DNA from: an uncultured Acidobacteriota bacterium
GTDB taxonomy: Bacteria > Acidobacteriota > Terriglobia > Acidiferrales > UBA7541
Direction: 5' to 3'
Assembly (NCBI GenBank): GCA_963798585.1
Contig: CAWCTJ010000010.1
Coordinates: forward strand, 138,198 to 202,197
Length of the DNA: 64,000 nucleotides
Both the position numbers and the translations under genes were made by a program. This document shows positions 45,947 through 55,021 of this stretch, piece after piece. Position 1 is the first letter of the stretch. Every line of letters starts with the position of its first letter. The notes beneath the pieces are model-generated. The model was not told where the DNA came from, searched no databases, and saw only the letters and a program-made list of their open reading frames with translations.

Positions 45947-46026
45947 AATAGCTTGTAGGCGCGGGGTTTTAGCCCGGCATTTCTGTCCGCCAACCAACAA
46001 ATTGAAATCTCGGAGGCAAGTTTACT

Positions 46027-46446
46027 GTGGCACTCGAACGCACTTTTGCAATCATCAAGCCCGACGCAGTTACCGCGCATCAGCAAGGCGAAATCCTGGC
46101 GCGCATCCAAAAACACGGGTTTAAGATCGTGGCCATTAAATCTCTGCGCCTAACCAAAGAAGAAGCCGGCGGCTTCTACCACGTGCACAAAGCCCGCCCC
46201 TTCTTCGGCGAACTCACCGACTTCATGTCCTCCGGCAAAATCATTGCCATGGTCCTGGAAGCCGACAACGCCATCGCCAAATGGCGCGACGCCATGGGCG
46301 CCACCGACCCGAAGAAAGCCACCCCCGGCACCATCCGCCACGATCTCGGCACCAGCATCGGCACCAATTGCACGCACGGTTCCGATGCCGCTGAAACTGC
46401 GGCCTTCGAAATCTCGTATTTCTTCGCTGGTTTGGAACTGATCTAG
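46027..46446 (+). CDS. ndk: Nucleoside diphosphate kinase
   Basis: ERTFAIIKPDA, PGTIR, HGSD. Confidence 0.98.
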   Translation: MALERTFAIIKPDAVTAHQQGEILARIQKHGFKIVAIKSLRLTKEEAGGFYHVHKARPFFGELTDFMSSGKIIAMVLEADNAIAKWRDAMGATDPKKATPGTIRHDLGTSIGTNCTHGSDAAETAAFEISYFFAGLELI

Positions 46447-46503
46447 TTAGCAAGGCTAACCCGCGGGCCTGTGGCGCGTCTCTTTAAGAAAAGCGAGAAA
46501 AAA

Positions 46504-48540
46504 ATGACCCTCACCGTCGTTCTGATTCGAGTGCTAGCCTGTGCAGCGCTGTTGCTCGCCGCCGTCCTGCCGATCGCCAATGCGCAGACCGCAACCTACG
46601 GTCCCCACCTTTGGGATAAGCCGCTCGATCCCAACATTTTCGAACAGCGCGTCAACGATCATCTGAACCGCGTGCAGAAATCTCTGGACCAGGTGCTCTC
46701 TGTAAAGGGCGCTCGCACCATCGAAAACACGCTCGTCCCCTACGACGACGCCATCATGCAACTGGACACCACCGGCAACCAGTCCGGCTTGATGCAAATC
46801 GTCAGTCCCGACGCCGCCATCCGCGATCGCGCGCAAGCCATGGTGCAAAAAGTCAGCGCCGTGGCCACCGCGCTTGCGCTAAACACCGACATTTATCACG
46901 CGCTTTCCGCCATGGACGTCTCCACCGCCGACGCCGCGACGCAATATTATGTAAAACGCACGCTGCTGGAATTCCGCCTCGCTGGCGTCGACAAAGATGA
47001 AGCCACGCGCGCCAAAGTAAAATCGCTCAGCGATGACCTCACCCGGCTCTCTTCGCAGTTCGGCCGCAACGTTCAAGAATCCCAGCTGAAAGTAGTTGTC
47101 AAAGATCCCTCCGAGCTGGCTGGTCTACCCACGGACTTCATCGCCGGCCACAAGCCCGCCGCTGACGGCACCATTACGCTCACCAGCGATTCTCCCGACG
47201 TCACCCCCGTCCTGCAATTCGCCAGCAATGCCGAGCTTCGTCATCGCATCTTTCTCGCCTACAACAATCGCGCCTATCCGCAAAATCTTCCGGTCCTCGC
47301 CGATCTCCTGAAAAAGCGCGAAGAACTCGCCAACCTGCTTGGCTACAAACACTGGTCGGATCTGAACGCCGCCGATAAAATGGCCGGCAACTCCGAAACC
47401 ATCAGTCGCTTCATCGACCAGCTCGACGCCGCTTCGCGCCCCGCTGCCGATCGCGAATATCAAATGCTACTCGCGCTGGCCAAGAAGGATCAGCCCGGTC
47501 TCGCTGCCATTTCCATGCAAGACCGTGGATATTATTTTGAGCAGCTGCGCAAAAGTGCTTTCGATTTCGATTCGCAGTCCGCGCGCCCCTATTTTCCATA
47601 CGATCGAGTGCAGCAGGGCGTTCTTGATGTAGCTGCAAAATTATTCAAGATCACGTTTCGTCCCGTTAAAGACGCTATCGTTTGGGATCCTTCCGTCAGC
47701 ACCTTTGATGTCTTCGATGGCGATCACCAACTCGGCCGCATTTATCTGGACATGCATCCGCGCCCCGGCAAGGATCAGTGGTTCAGCTCCGATCCCATTC
47801 TCGACGGCAAGCGCGGCCAGCAGCTTCCCGAAGTTACGCTGATCTGTAATTTCTCCGGCGGCAAGCCCGGCGAACCCGGCTTGATGACGTACAGCGAGGT
47901 CACCACTTTCTTTCACGAGTTCGGCCACCTGATGCATTGGATTTTTCAAGGCCAGCAGCAATGGGCGGGATTCGGCGGTAATCTCGAAAGCGATTTCGTC
48001 GAAGCCCCTTCCCAGATGCTCGAAGAGTGGATGCACGATCCCAAAGTCCTCGCCACCTTCGCGCGTCATTACCAAACCAACGAGCCTATCCCCGCCGAAC
48101 TGGTCGCCCGCGCCAATCGTGCCGACGCCTTCGGCCGCGGCCTGTGGGTCCGCATCCAGCTTCTCTACACCACCGTCTCGTTTGACCTGCACAACACCCC
48201 GCCTGATCCCGCGCAAATCGAGAAGAGTTTTCCCACCAACATAAAACGCTTCCTGCCGTATCAACCCGTCGACGGCGATCACCAATTCGCCTCCTTCACT
48301 CACCTCACCGGATACTCCTCCGCGTACTACACCTACCTGTGGGACAAAGTCATCGCACAGGATTTTTACAGCAAGTTTGACCACAACAATTTATTGGCAC
48401 CGGAGGTCGCGTATCGCTACCGCACCACGGTCCTCGAAAAAACCGGCTCGATGCCCGCCGGCGACCTAGTAACCAATTTTCTTGGCCGCCCGCAATCCAT
48501 CGACGCCTTCAAAGTCTGGATGAACCAGGAATTCCAGTAG
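46504..48540 (+). CDS. Exported M3-family (thimet oligopeptidase-like) peptidase
   Basis: FHEFGHLMH, DFVEAPSQMLE, GYSSAYYTYLW, signal peptide. Confidence 0.93.
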   Translation: MTLTVVLIRVLACAALLLAAVLPIANAQTATYGPHLWDKPLDPNIFEQRVNDHLNRVQKSLDQVLSVKGARTIENTLVPYDDAIMQLDTTGNQSGLMQIVSPDAAIRDRAQAMVQKVSAVATALALNTDIYHALSAMDVSTADAATQYYVKRTLLEFRLAGVDKDEATRAKVKSLSDDLTRLSSQFGRNVQESQLKVVVKDPSELAGLPTDFIAGHKPAADGTITLTSDSPDVTPVLQFASNAELRHRIFLAYNNRAYPQNLPVLADLLKKREELANLLGYKHWSDLNAADKMAGNSETISRFIDQLDAASRPAADREYQMLLALAKKDQPGLAAISMQDRGYYFEQLRKSAFDFDSQSARPYFPYDRVQQGVLDVAAKLFKITFRPVKDAIVWDPSVSTFDVFDGDHQLGRIYLDMHPRPGKDQWFSSDPILDGKRGQQLPEVTLICNFSGGKPGEPGLMTYSEVTTFFHEFGHLMHWIFQGQQQWAGFGGNLESDFVEAPSQMLEEWMHDPKVLATFARHYQTNEPIPAELVARANRADAFGRGLWVRIQLLYTTVSFDLHNTPPDPAQIEKSFPTNIKRFLPYQPVDGDHQFASFTHLTGYSSAYYTYLWDKVIAQDFYSKFDHNNLLAPEVAYRYRTTVLEKTGSMPAGDLVTNFLGRPQSIDAFKVWMNQEFQ

Positions 48541-48572
48541 CGATTTCGCTGGTTGTCTGTCACTCAAGCTTC

Positions 48573-48657
48573 AGCGCCGTCGGCGCGGCATAAGTTAGCC
48601 CAGCCCGGCAGGGCTGGGTCTGGGATGCCGGAATCATGAGCGCTGTAGGCGCGACAC
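48573..48657. repeat. REP-like palindromic element
   Basis: AGCGCCGTCGGCGC...CCCAGCCCGGCAGGGCTGGG...AGCGCTGTAGGCGC. Confidence 0.6.
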
Positions 48658-48731
48658 ATCGCATTCAATGTGTGATCGCAGAAGGCACCCATCCGAATCC
48701 GCATCTGGAAAAATAAATTACAATTACGGAC

Positions 48732-48965
48732 ATGTTCCCGCTCCGCGAACTGGGCCGCGTCCTCCTAATCCTGTCGGCACTGTTGGCCGTAATCGGAGCC
48801 ACGCTCTATTTCTCCGGTCGCCTCCCCTTCCGCCTAGGCAAACTCCCCGGCGACATCGTTCATCGCGGCCAGCACACCACCTTCTATTTCCCGGTCGTAA
48901 CCTGCCTGGTCATAAGCGTCGCCCTGTCTCTGCTTCTCTGGCTGATCTCCCACTTCCGCCGCTAG
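48732..48965 (+). CDS. DUF2905-type small membrane protein
   Basis: LGKLPGDI...FYFPVVTCLVIS. Confidence 0.88.
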   Translation: MFPLRELGRVLLILSALLAVIGATLYFSGRLPFRLGKLPGDIVHRGQHTTFYFPVVTCLVISVALSLLLWLISHFRR

Positions 48966-48970
48966 AGTTT

Positions 48971-49025
48971 TTGGAGTGCGACGGTTTACCCTGTGCGCTT
49001 TGCGCGGAGGGCTCGACCCGCTTTC
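48971..49025 (+). repeat. GGAG-type REP-like element, direct repeat of 50031-50084
   Basis: TTGGAGTGCG..GGTTTACCCTG.GCGCTT.GCGCG.AGGGC..GACCCGCTTT occurs at both sites. Confidence 0.8.
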
Positions 49026-49142
49026 ACGGTGACAGGCGAAAAGGCAACTCGCGCCCACATCACAAAACCGATCACCGCCAACCCGCGTCTAACCCGATGT
49101 ACCATCGTTTCGTTGACGCATCCTTCTCCAAGGAGGTCTCGC

Positions 49143-50015
49143 ATGCGCCGTCGTACCTTCCTTCATCACGCCGCGCGCGGAATCGCCGCCGCCAGCCTTG
49201 CTTCTCACACTTTCGCGCCGCGCCTTCTTGCACTGCCCGCGCTCGACAAAAAATTCTCCGCTACAGACCGCGTCACCCTGGGTCGTACAGGCATCGCCAC
49301 CAGCCGCCTAGCTATGGGGACCGGCACTGTTGGCGTGGGCCACCAATCCCACCAGACCGCCCTCGGAGTCGATGGCCTCTCCCGCCTGCTCCTGAATGGT
49401 TACGACCAGGGCCTCCATTTCTTCGACGCAGCGGACTCCTACGGCAGCCACCCGCATGTCGCCGAAGCCCTCCGGCACGTAAATCGCAGCAAAGTCACCG
49501 TGCTCACCAAATCCTGGGCCCGCGATCCTGCCGAAATGCGCGCCGATATCGACCGCTTCCGCCGCGAACTCCGCGTGGACTACATCGATCTCTTCCTGAT
49601 GCACTGCCTCACCGAAGCCGATTGGACTACCCGTTATCGGCCGGTAATGGACGTTCTGGAGGAAGCCAAGCACCAAGGCATAATCCGCGCACACGGTTGT
49701 TCCTGCCATTCCATCGAAGCCCTGCGCGCCGCCGCCGCGTCACCCTGGGTCGACGTCGACCTCGTCCGCATCAATCCCGTCGGCGCGCACATGGACGCCG
49801 ACCCTGACACGGTTGTTAGCGTGCTCCGCCAGATGAAGTCCTCCGGCAAAGCCATCATCGGCATGAAAATTCTAGGCCAAGGCGCCCTCCGCGACCGCCA
49901 GGACGAAGCACTAAAATTCGCCCTGGGCCTGAACCTCCTCGACGCCTTCACCATTGGCGCCGAATCCATCGCCGAACAAAACGATCTGGTCCGCCGCATC
50001 AGCCTCGCAGCTTAA
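49143..50015 (+). CDS. Aldo/keto reductase with a Tat-like leader
   Basis: MRRRTFL, LGRTGIATSRLAMGT, FDAADSYG, DYIDLFLMH. Confidence 0.9.
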   Translation: MRRRTFLHHAARGIAAASLASHTFAPRLLALPALDKKFSATDRVTLGRTGIATSRLAMGTGTVGVGHQSHQTALGVDGLSRLLLNGYDQGLHFFDAADSYGSHPHVAEALRHVNRSKVTVLTKSWARDPAEMRADIDRFRRELRVDYIDLFLMHCLTEADWTTRYRPVMDVLEEAKHQGIIRAHGCSCHSIEALRAAAASPWVDVDLVRINPVGAHMDADPDTVVSVLRQMKSSGKAIIGMKILGQGALRDRQDEALKFALGLNLLDAFTIGAESIAEQNDLVRRISLAA

Positions 50016-50030
50016 TTCCCATTGCCGTAA

Positions 50031-50084
50031 TTTGGAGTGCGGTTTACCCTGAGCGCTTCGCGCGAAGGGCGTGACCCGCTTTTC
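50031..50084 (+). repeat. GGAG-type REP-like element, second copy
   Basis: Matches 48971-49025. Confidence 0.8.
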
Positions 50085-50197
50085 CAACGTAAAATTTTGC
50101 ACACCCCATCGCGGCGGAGCAGTTGCCTCAGCACCTCTTCTTTGCGCCCTCTGCGTGCTCTGCGTAAAAAAAACGCATCTATATTTCGTTGTCGCGC

Positions 50198-50680
50198 CTA
50201 CTTCCCGTCCTTCACCCCAAACTCCGCCCGAATAAATGCCTTGACCCCCTCTGGCCCAGTCAATCCCAGACACACCAGCTTGCCCTCACGCTCAAGATCA
50301 ATGTGAAAATAAAAAAACGGACAGCACTTGCTCTCCACCACCACCCATTCCGCCAATTCCGCCACCGACACATTCTCAGGGGTAAACTGGAACTCATATC
50401 CCTTGGGCGTTTCCACCACCGCGTCGCGCGCCGCAATCAACTTGCGCGTCATTTCTTTGTGCCGCGCCCGCTCTTCCGGCGTCAGCGCCCTAATCCTGCA
50501 GTAAAACTTGCCCTGCGTGCTCCTCTCCTGCTGCTCCACTCCCGCCGTCGCCGGCACAGATTGCGCCGCATCTAACACCACACCACTCAAGCACAATCCC
50601 AAAAGTAGCGCCGCAGTGGCCGCGGCCCACGAATCCGCCAAATGTTTCCCCGAGTTGCTCATAAGTTTCCTCGCTAACAT
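50198..50680 (-). CDS. Exported hypothetical protein with a CCPFF motif
   Basis: Signal peptide, FYC...ESKCCPFFYF...LTGPEGVK. Divergent from the MerR gene. Confidence 0.8.
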   Translation of the reverse strand: MLARKLMSNSGKHLADSWAAATAALLLGLCLSGVVLDAAQSVPATAGVEQQERSTQGKFYCRIRALTPEERARHKEMTRKLIAARDAVVETPKGYEFQFTPENVSVAELAEWVVVESKCCPFFYFHIDLEREGKLVCLGLTGPEGVKAFIRAEFGVKDGK

Positions 50681-50704
50681 GAATTTGCCCGCAACCTCTC
50701 CAAC

Positions 50705-50735
50705 ATGCTAGAAGTTAAAGTCAACTTTAAGTCAA
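50705..50735 (-). promoter_or_regulatory. MerR-type promoter with a 19-bp spacer and dyad operator
   Basis: On the minus strand, TTGACT-19-TAGCAT with the palindrome TTAAAGT-TG-ACTTTAA lying over the spacer. Confidence 0.88.
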
Positions 50736-50895
50736 GCGCGCCCTCATCTTTTGTAGGGGCGCAACATGTTGCGCCCCAGCTTGGCAAGATGGGCAAAGTC
50801 CCAGAAGCTCGGTGTGGATTTTGAAACTGCCAGACTCAAGCCTGTCGAAGTTGTGGATCTCGCTGGGCGAATCGCTAAAAACGAGAAGAAAACAG

Positions 50896-51393
50896 ATGAA
50901 AATAGGACAACTAGCCTCCCGCGCCGGCCTAAATGCCTCCGCCATCCGCTACTACGAAAAGCTAGGCCTGCTACCGCAGCCGCAACGCCAAGGCAACCAG
51001 CGCCGTTACCCCGCGGAGGCCCTGAACCGCATCCTGCTAATCCGTTTCGCCTCCGAAATGGGTTTCACCCTAAACGAAATAAAACTTTTCCTGAGCGGCA
51101 TCAAAGAAAACGCCCCAGTGGGCCCCCGCTGGAAAAAACTGGCCCACCGCAAACTAGACGAAGTAAAACAACTCATGCAGCGCTCCCGCCGCCTAAAATC
51201 CCTCCTAGAACATCTCCTCCACTGCCGCTGCTCCTCCCTAAAAATCTGCGTCCAGCGCCTAAGCCTCAGCCCCAACCTCCGCTCGCTGCAAAAGCACCAT
51301 GCCAAACCTACCCAAAAATCTCCGCGCGTCACGAACTCCTGGGACGAAATCCTCGTCCAAGCGGACGCGCAAAAATCCCCAAAGACTTCCTAG
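50896..51393 (+). CDS. MerR-family regulator, SoxR-like
   Basis: MKIGQLA...SAIRYYEKLGLL...QRRY HTH and C-terminal HCRCSSLKIC. Confidence 0.92.
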   Translation: MKIGQLASRAGLNASAIRYYEKLGLLPQPQRQGNQRRYPAEALNRILLIRFASEMGFTLNEIKLFLSGIKENAPVGPRWKKLAHRKLDEVKQLMQRSRRLKSLLEHLLHCRCSSLKICVQRLSLSPNLRSLQKHHAKPTQKSPRVTNSWDEILVQADAQKSPKTS

Positions 51394-51484
51394 CCCACCG
51401 CGACCGTCGCACAACAAAAAAGCGCGCCCCATTTGAACAGTATCCGCAATATACCGTCTCCTTAAAGTTATGTAGAATCGGTTC

Positions 51485-51922
51485 GTGCTGACTCTCGAGC
51501 AAAAGGCTAGAGTTGCGAGCTCGCTACGCCTCGCGGACGGACTCATGCAAACGGTCTTCATCTCGTCCTCCGCTTCGGAGTACGAGATTCGGAACTCTAT
51601 GTCTAGACTTTATTACGCTTTCTTCCACGCCAGTCTGGCGTTACTGCGAAGCCTACAAGTTGACACTGATAAGTTTTCCCGTGACCATGGGAAAGTCCAC
51701 GCCGCTGTGCAAGCTAGGATGGGGAAGTATCTAGGCACCTGCTTGAAAAAGCTGTACCATCTTCGAAAGCTGTGCGATTACGACTCGGATTTGTTTGAGC
51801 GAGAATATGGTCGAGATGTCGAAAGCGCGCGCCACGATCTCCTGCCGTGGATAAAGCGGGAAACGACTAACTTCCACTGGCTACATCGGGAAGCCCGGAA
51901 AGTGCTTGAGAAGACCAAATGA
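51485..51922 (+). CDS. HEPN-domain protein
   Basis: RNSMSRLYYAFFHASLALL, HGKVH, LYHLRKLCDY: the RxYYxxFH / RxxxDY pattern of small HEPN proteins. Confidence 0.85.
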   Translation: MLTLEQKARVASSLRLADGLMQTVFISSSASEYEIRNSMSRLYYAFFHASLALLRSLQVDTDKFSRDHGKVHAAVQARMGKYLGTCLKKLYHLRKLCDYDSDLFEREYGRDVESARHDLLPWIKRETTNFHWLHREARKVLEKTK

Positions 51923-52836
51923 TTTTAATTGCAGATCAACTCCAAGACATCCTCGAACGGCACCTGCGAGAGGCAGACTTGGCGAAGTTTTACGACCGAG
52001 GTCGAAGTCAATATCTGGACCTCGACGGAGAAGTGTTTGCGGAGGTTGTTCTCCAAGATGGTTCGGTACTCGACGAGGCCGAAAGACTTGTCCGTAGGAC
52101 CGCCGAGGAATTGGCGAAACAAGGAATTAAGGTTGACAGCATTGTGCGAGCCTTGTGGGAGATTGTATCCATAGAGTATTTGGGTCGCTCCCGCACTCCA
52201 GATTTGAAGCAATATCGTGCGGCCGTCGAATTCCGGGTGCTACTTCGCTCCGGGACTCGCCAGCACCAAGTTTTTGTAGATGTATTTTGGGGGGCTATAG
52301 ACGTGCTCAGGCATAAGCTTGGCATGAACGATCCAGCGACATCCCCCGAACGCAATTTGCCCGACGGCCATATCCTCAGCGAGATGGTCGAACCAGCGGT
52401 CCGCCAATTCCTCGACCAGCAATTGGCCCGCGGTGGCACCAGCTACTGGAATCCGCTACTTCCCCCGTACCGAGTGGATTTAACAGACACGGACATGTCG
52501 TTTTTGTTGGGACAGAGCACCGCCTTCGACGAACTTCGCCAGGCAATCTCCGATGCCTTCGATCCGCCGGCTTTGGAGAGTTTTCTCGATAGCCTGTCGG
52601 TTTCCGGTATCAAGGTTCGTGACTTCGACGCAGTTCTCCCAGCGCTTTCAAGCATGCTGGGCGGCGCGTACCGCAGTACCGATACATTTGCGATCAGCGC
52701 GCGTGACCTATATCGGCGGATGGAACGCACAGAACAAGAGCTTTTGAAAAAGTATTTTCAAGGGAAAATTCAGCAATTGCGATCGGATCCTAGGTTCGCA
52801 GAGGTAGTAGTCAATTTCTCTCAGATTCTCGATTGA
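51919..52836 (+). CDS. Hypothetical 305-aa protein coupled to the HEPN gene
   Basis: Intact ORF with an ATGA overlap to the HEPN gene and atypical codon usage. Confidence 0.8.
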   Translation: MILIADQLQDILERHLREADLAKFYDRGRSQYLDLDGEVFAEVVLQDGSVLDEAERLVRRTAEELAKQGIKVDSIVRALWEIVSIEYLGRSRTPDLKQYRAAVEFRVLLRSGTRQHQVFVDVFWGAIDVLRHKLGMNDPATSPERNLPDGHILSEMVEPAVRQFLDQQLARGGTSYWNPLLPPYRVDLTDTDMSFLLGQSTAFDELRQAISDAFDPPALESFLDSLSVSGIKVRDFDAVLPALSSMLGGAYRSTDTFAISARDLYRRMERTEQELLKKYFQGKIQQLRSDPRFAEVVVNFSQILD

Positions 52837-53044
52837 TACTTCTGCTTTCGCCCGTGCGAAACAAGCTGCCGATTCCGTCCACTGTTTAATTCTCAACCTT
52901 CGCCAAAAACGCACCGAAGGCAAAGGTTTCCCCTAGATTGAGTTCTAGATTCCCGATTCGGCACGGTAACCCAGGAAAGTCAGCCACGCTTTCGTGTACG
53001 TCTTATCCAATTCGAATGTGCTCCACTCATCTCCTTGTAGACAA

Positions 53045-53288
53045 AGCTCTTACTATTAATTACTTGACAAGCAGTACCGATATGCTATAATTCTGTGTGA
53101 ATTTAGTTCTCCATCGCTCGGCCTACGCTAAACCAACCGCAGCCCGTCCCACTGTTATCGTCCGAGTAACTAGCAAGGCCATCCCTAACTCCTGTAGAAT
53201 CCGCACTTATGCAAGTGTTCATTCTAAAGGACTTTAAACCCTCCAGAATGAACACTTACAAAAAACCCATAGGGGGGTGGTCCCTGCC
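53045..53288 (+). repeat. Promoter/repeat/G-run element, copy 3
   Basis: TTGACA(53064)-16-TATAAT(53086) with TGn. Repeats at 53186 (+), 53211 (inverted) and 53235 (+). Ends AAAAAACCCATAGGGGGGTGG. Confidence 0.8.
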
Positions 53289-53405
53289 GTCCACGAGCGT
53301 CGCTTCCGTAGCCGCCTTCCGCCAACGCCGAGGTCGACCGCCCCTCGCCGCCATTTCCTTACCTCTTACTTCCTTACTTCGCCTTTCAGACTCTGGTGTC
53401 TCAAG

Positions 53406-54764
53406 ATGAGCCAACTCACCTTCAACCTCATGCCGCAGCGCCGCATCCTCACCGTCAGCGAACTGACCGGCAGGGTCCGCGACCTGCTTGCCAAGAATTT
53501 CACGGACATCTGGGTCGAAGGCGAAATCTCCAATTGCCGCCCCGCCCAATCCGGCCACATTTATTTCACCCTGAAGGATGATCGCGCGCAGGTGAAGTGC
53601 GTTTTCTTCAAGCAGCAGCAGCGTGGCATCAAGTTTCGCCCGGAAGACGGCTTGCACGTCACCGTGCGCGGCTCACTCAGCGTTTACGAATCGCGCGGAG
53701 AATATCAGATTTATGTAGAGACTCTCGAACCGGTAGGACTTGGCGCGCTGCAGCTGGCTTTCGAGCAACTGAAAAAGCGCCTCGAAGCCGAAGGCCTCTT
53801 CTCGCAAGAAAGAAAAAAGCCGCTCCCGCTGCTGCCGAGTCGCATCGGCCTGATCACCTCGCCGCGTGGCGCCGCCGTCCGCGACGTGATTCGCATCCTG
53901 CGCCGCCGATTTCCCAATGTCTGTCTCACGGTCTACCCTGTGCGCGTACAGGGTGACGGCGCGGCCAAGGAAATCGTCGAAGCGCTTCGCCATTTCAATC
54001 GCAAAAGCACTGTCGACGTCATCATTCTCGCCCGCGGCGGCGGCTCCATCGAAGATCTCTGGTCCTTCAACGAAGAAATCGTCGCTCGCGCCATTTCCGT
54101 TTCGCTGATTCCGATTATTTCCGGTGTCGGCCACGAAACCGATTTCACCATCGTCGACTTCGTCGCCGACGTGCGCGCCTCCACGCCTTCCGCCGCCGCC
54201 GAACTCGTCGTGCAAACCCGCCGCGAGTTCGACAAGCACATCGCCGATCTGCGCGAAACCATCGCCAGCCTGATTCGCTACCGCCTCCTCGAATCCTCCC
54301 GTCGCGTCCATGAACTCGCCGGTAGCCGCGGCTTCCGCCGCCCGCTCGATCTCCTTCGCCAACAGCGCCAGCGCGCCGACGAGATGACCTCGCGCCTAGC
54401 ACAAGGCCTCCGCGCCCGCCTGGAACAATCCCGCAAGCGTTTCACCACTGCTCACGTGCGCATCGTCTCCTTCGATTTCCGCATGCGCATCGCGGCCTTC
54501 CGTCTGCGTCTCGAAAAGCGCGCCGCCGAGCTGGGCGTTCGCGGCGAGCGCCTCGTGCGCGCCAAACGCGAACGCTTCGAGCGTCTCCGCCTGCAGCTCA
54601 ACGAACGCAGCCCACTAAAAGTCCTCGAACGCGGCTACGCCATCGCCACAGATGCCGCCGGCAACATCCTCAAATCCGTCGAAGGGGTAAATCTAGGAGA
54701 CGCCGTAACCGTTCAACTCCGCCACGGCCAGCTCACCACCGAAGTGAAGGAAAAGAAGGGATGA
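53406..54764 (+). CDS. xseA: Exodeoxyribonuclease VII large subunit
   Basis: WVEGEISN, SGHIYFTLKD, ARGGGSIEDLWSFNEE, GVGHETD, TPSAAAE, LERGYAI. Confidence 0.97.
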   Translation: MSQLTFNLMPQRRILTVSELTGRVRDLLAKNFTDIWVEGEISNCRPAQSGHIYFTLKDDRAQVKCVFFKQQQRGIKFRPEDGLHVTVRGSLSVYESRGEYQIYVETLEPVGLGALQLAFEQLKKRLEAEGLFSQERKKPLPLLPSRIGLITSPRGAAVRDVIRILRRRFPNVCLTVYPVRVQGDGAAKEIVEALRHFNRKSTVDVIILARGGGSIEDLWSFNEEIVARAISVSLIPIISGVGHETDFTIVDFVADVRASTPSAAAELVVQTRREFDKHIADLRETIASLIRYRLLESSRRVHELAGSRGFRRPLDLLRQQRQRADEMTSRLAQGLRARLEQSRKRFTTAHVRIVSFDFRMRIAAFRLRLEKRAAELGVRGERLVRAKRERFERLRLQLNERSPLKVLERGYAIATDAAGNILKSVEGVNLGDAVTVQLRHGQLTTEVKEKKG

Positions 54765-54769
54765 TGTCG

Positions 54770-55021
54770 CTATCGGTAGATTTCGCCGCGATAGTCTACT
54801 CGCAGAACGATCCCCGTTTTTGCCGCGTCATTTATTTCGTAAACGACCCGGTAATCTCCACGCGAATTCGCCAATCCTTGGAATCCGCCAGCTTAGGCAG
54901 CCAGACGGCCGCGGGTCGCCACCCAGGATAGCGATTTTCTTCTTTATGGATTCTAGTGGATCGGATCAAGCGCCGCGAGTTCTTTTTGGCCGCGCGGAAG
55001 TACATAAAGCGCGTAAGTCAC
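54770..55021 (-). pseudogene. RelE/ParE-family toxin pseudogene
   Basis: Manual translation across one stop and several indels: MTYALYVLPRGQKELAALD...DPRPSGC..KL...WRIRV/GDYRVVYEIND...LRVDYRGEIYR*. Confidence 0.85.

Noticed and set aside
52840-53040. Possible gene fragment on the minus strand (LQGDEWSTFELDKTYTKAWLTFLGY...)
   Set aside because: It is too short, has no start, and belongs to no recognisable family.
53209-53409. Short ORF MQVFILKDFKPSRMNTYKK as a peptide gene
   Set aside because: It is a translation of the repeat element, has no RBS, and its reading frame is not kept in the other copies.
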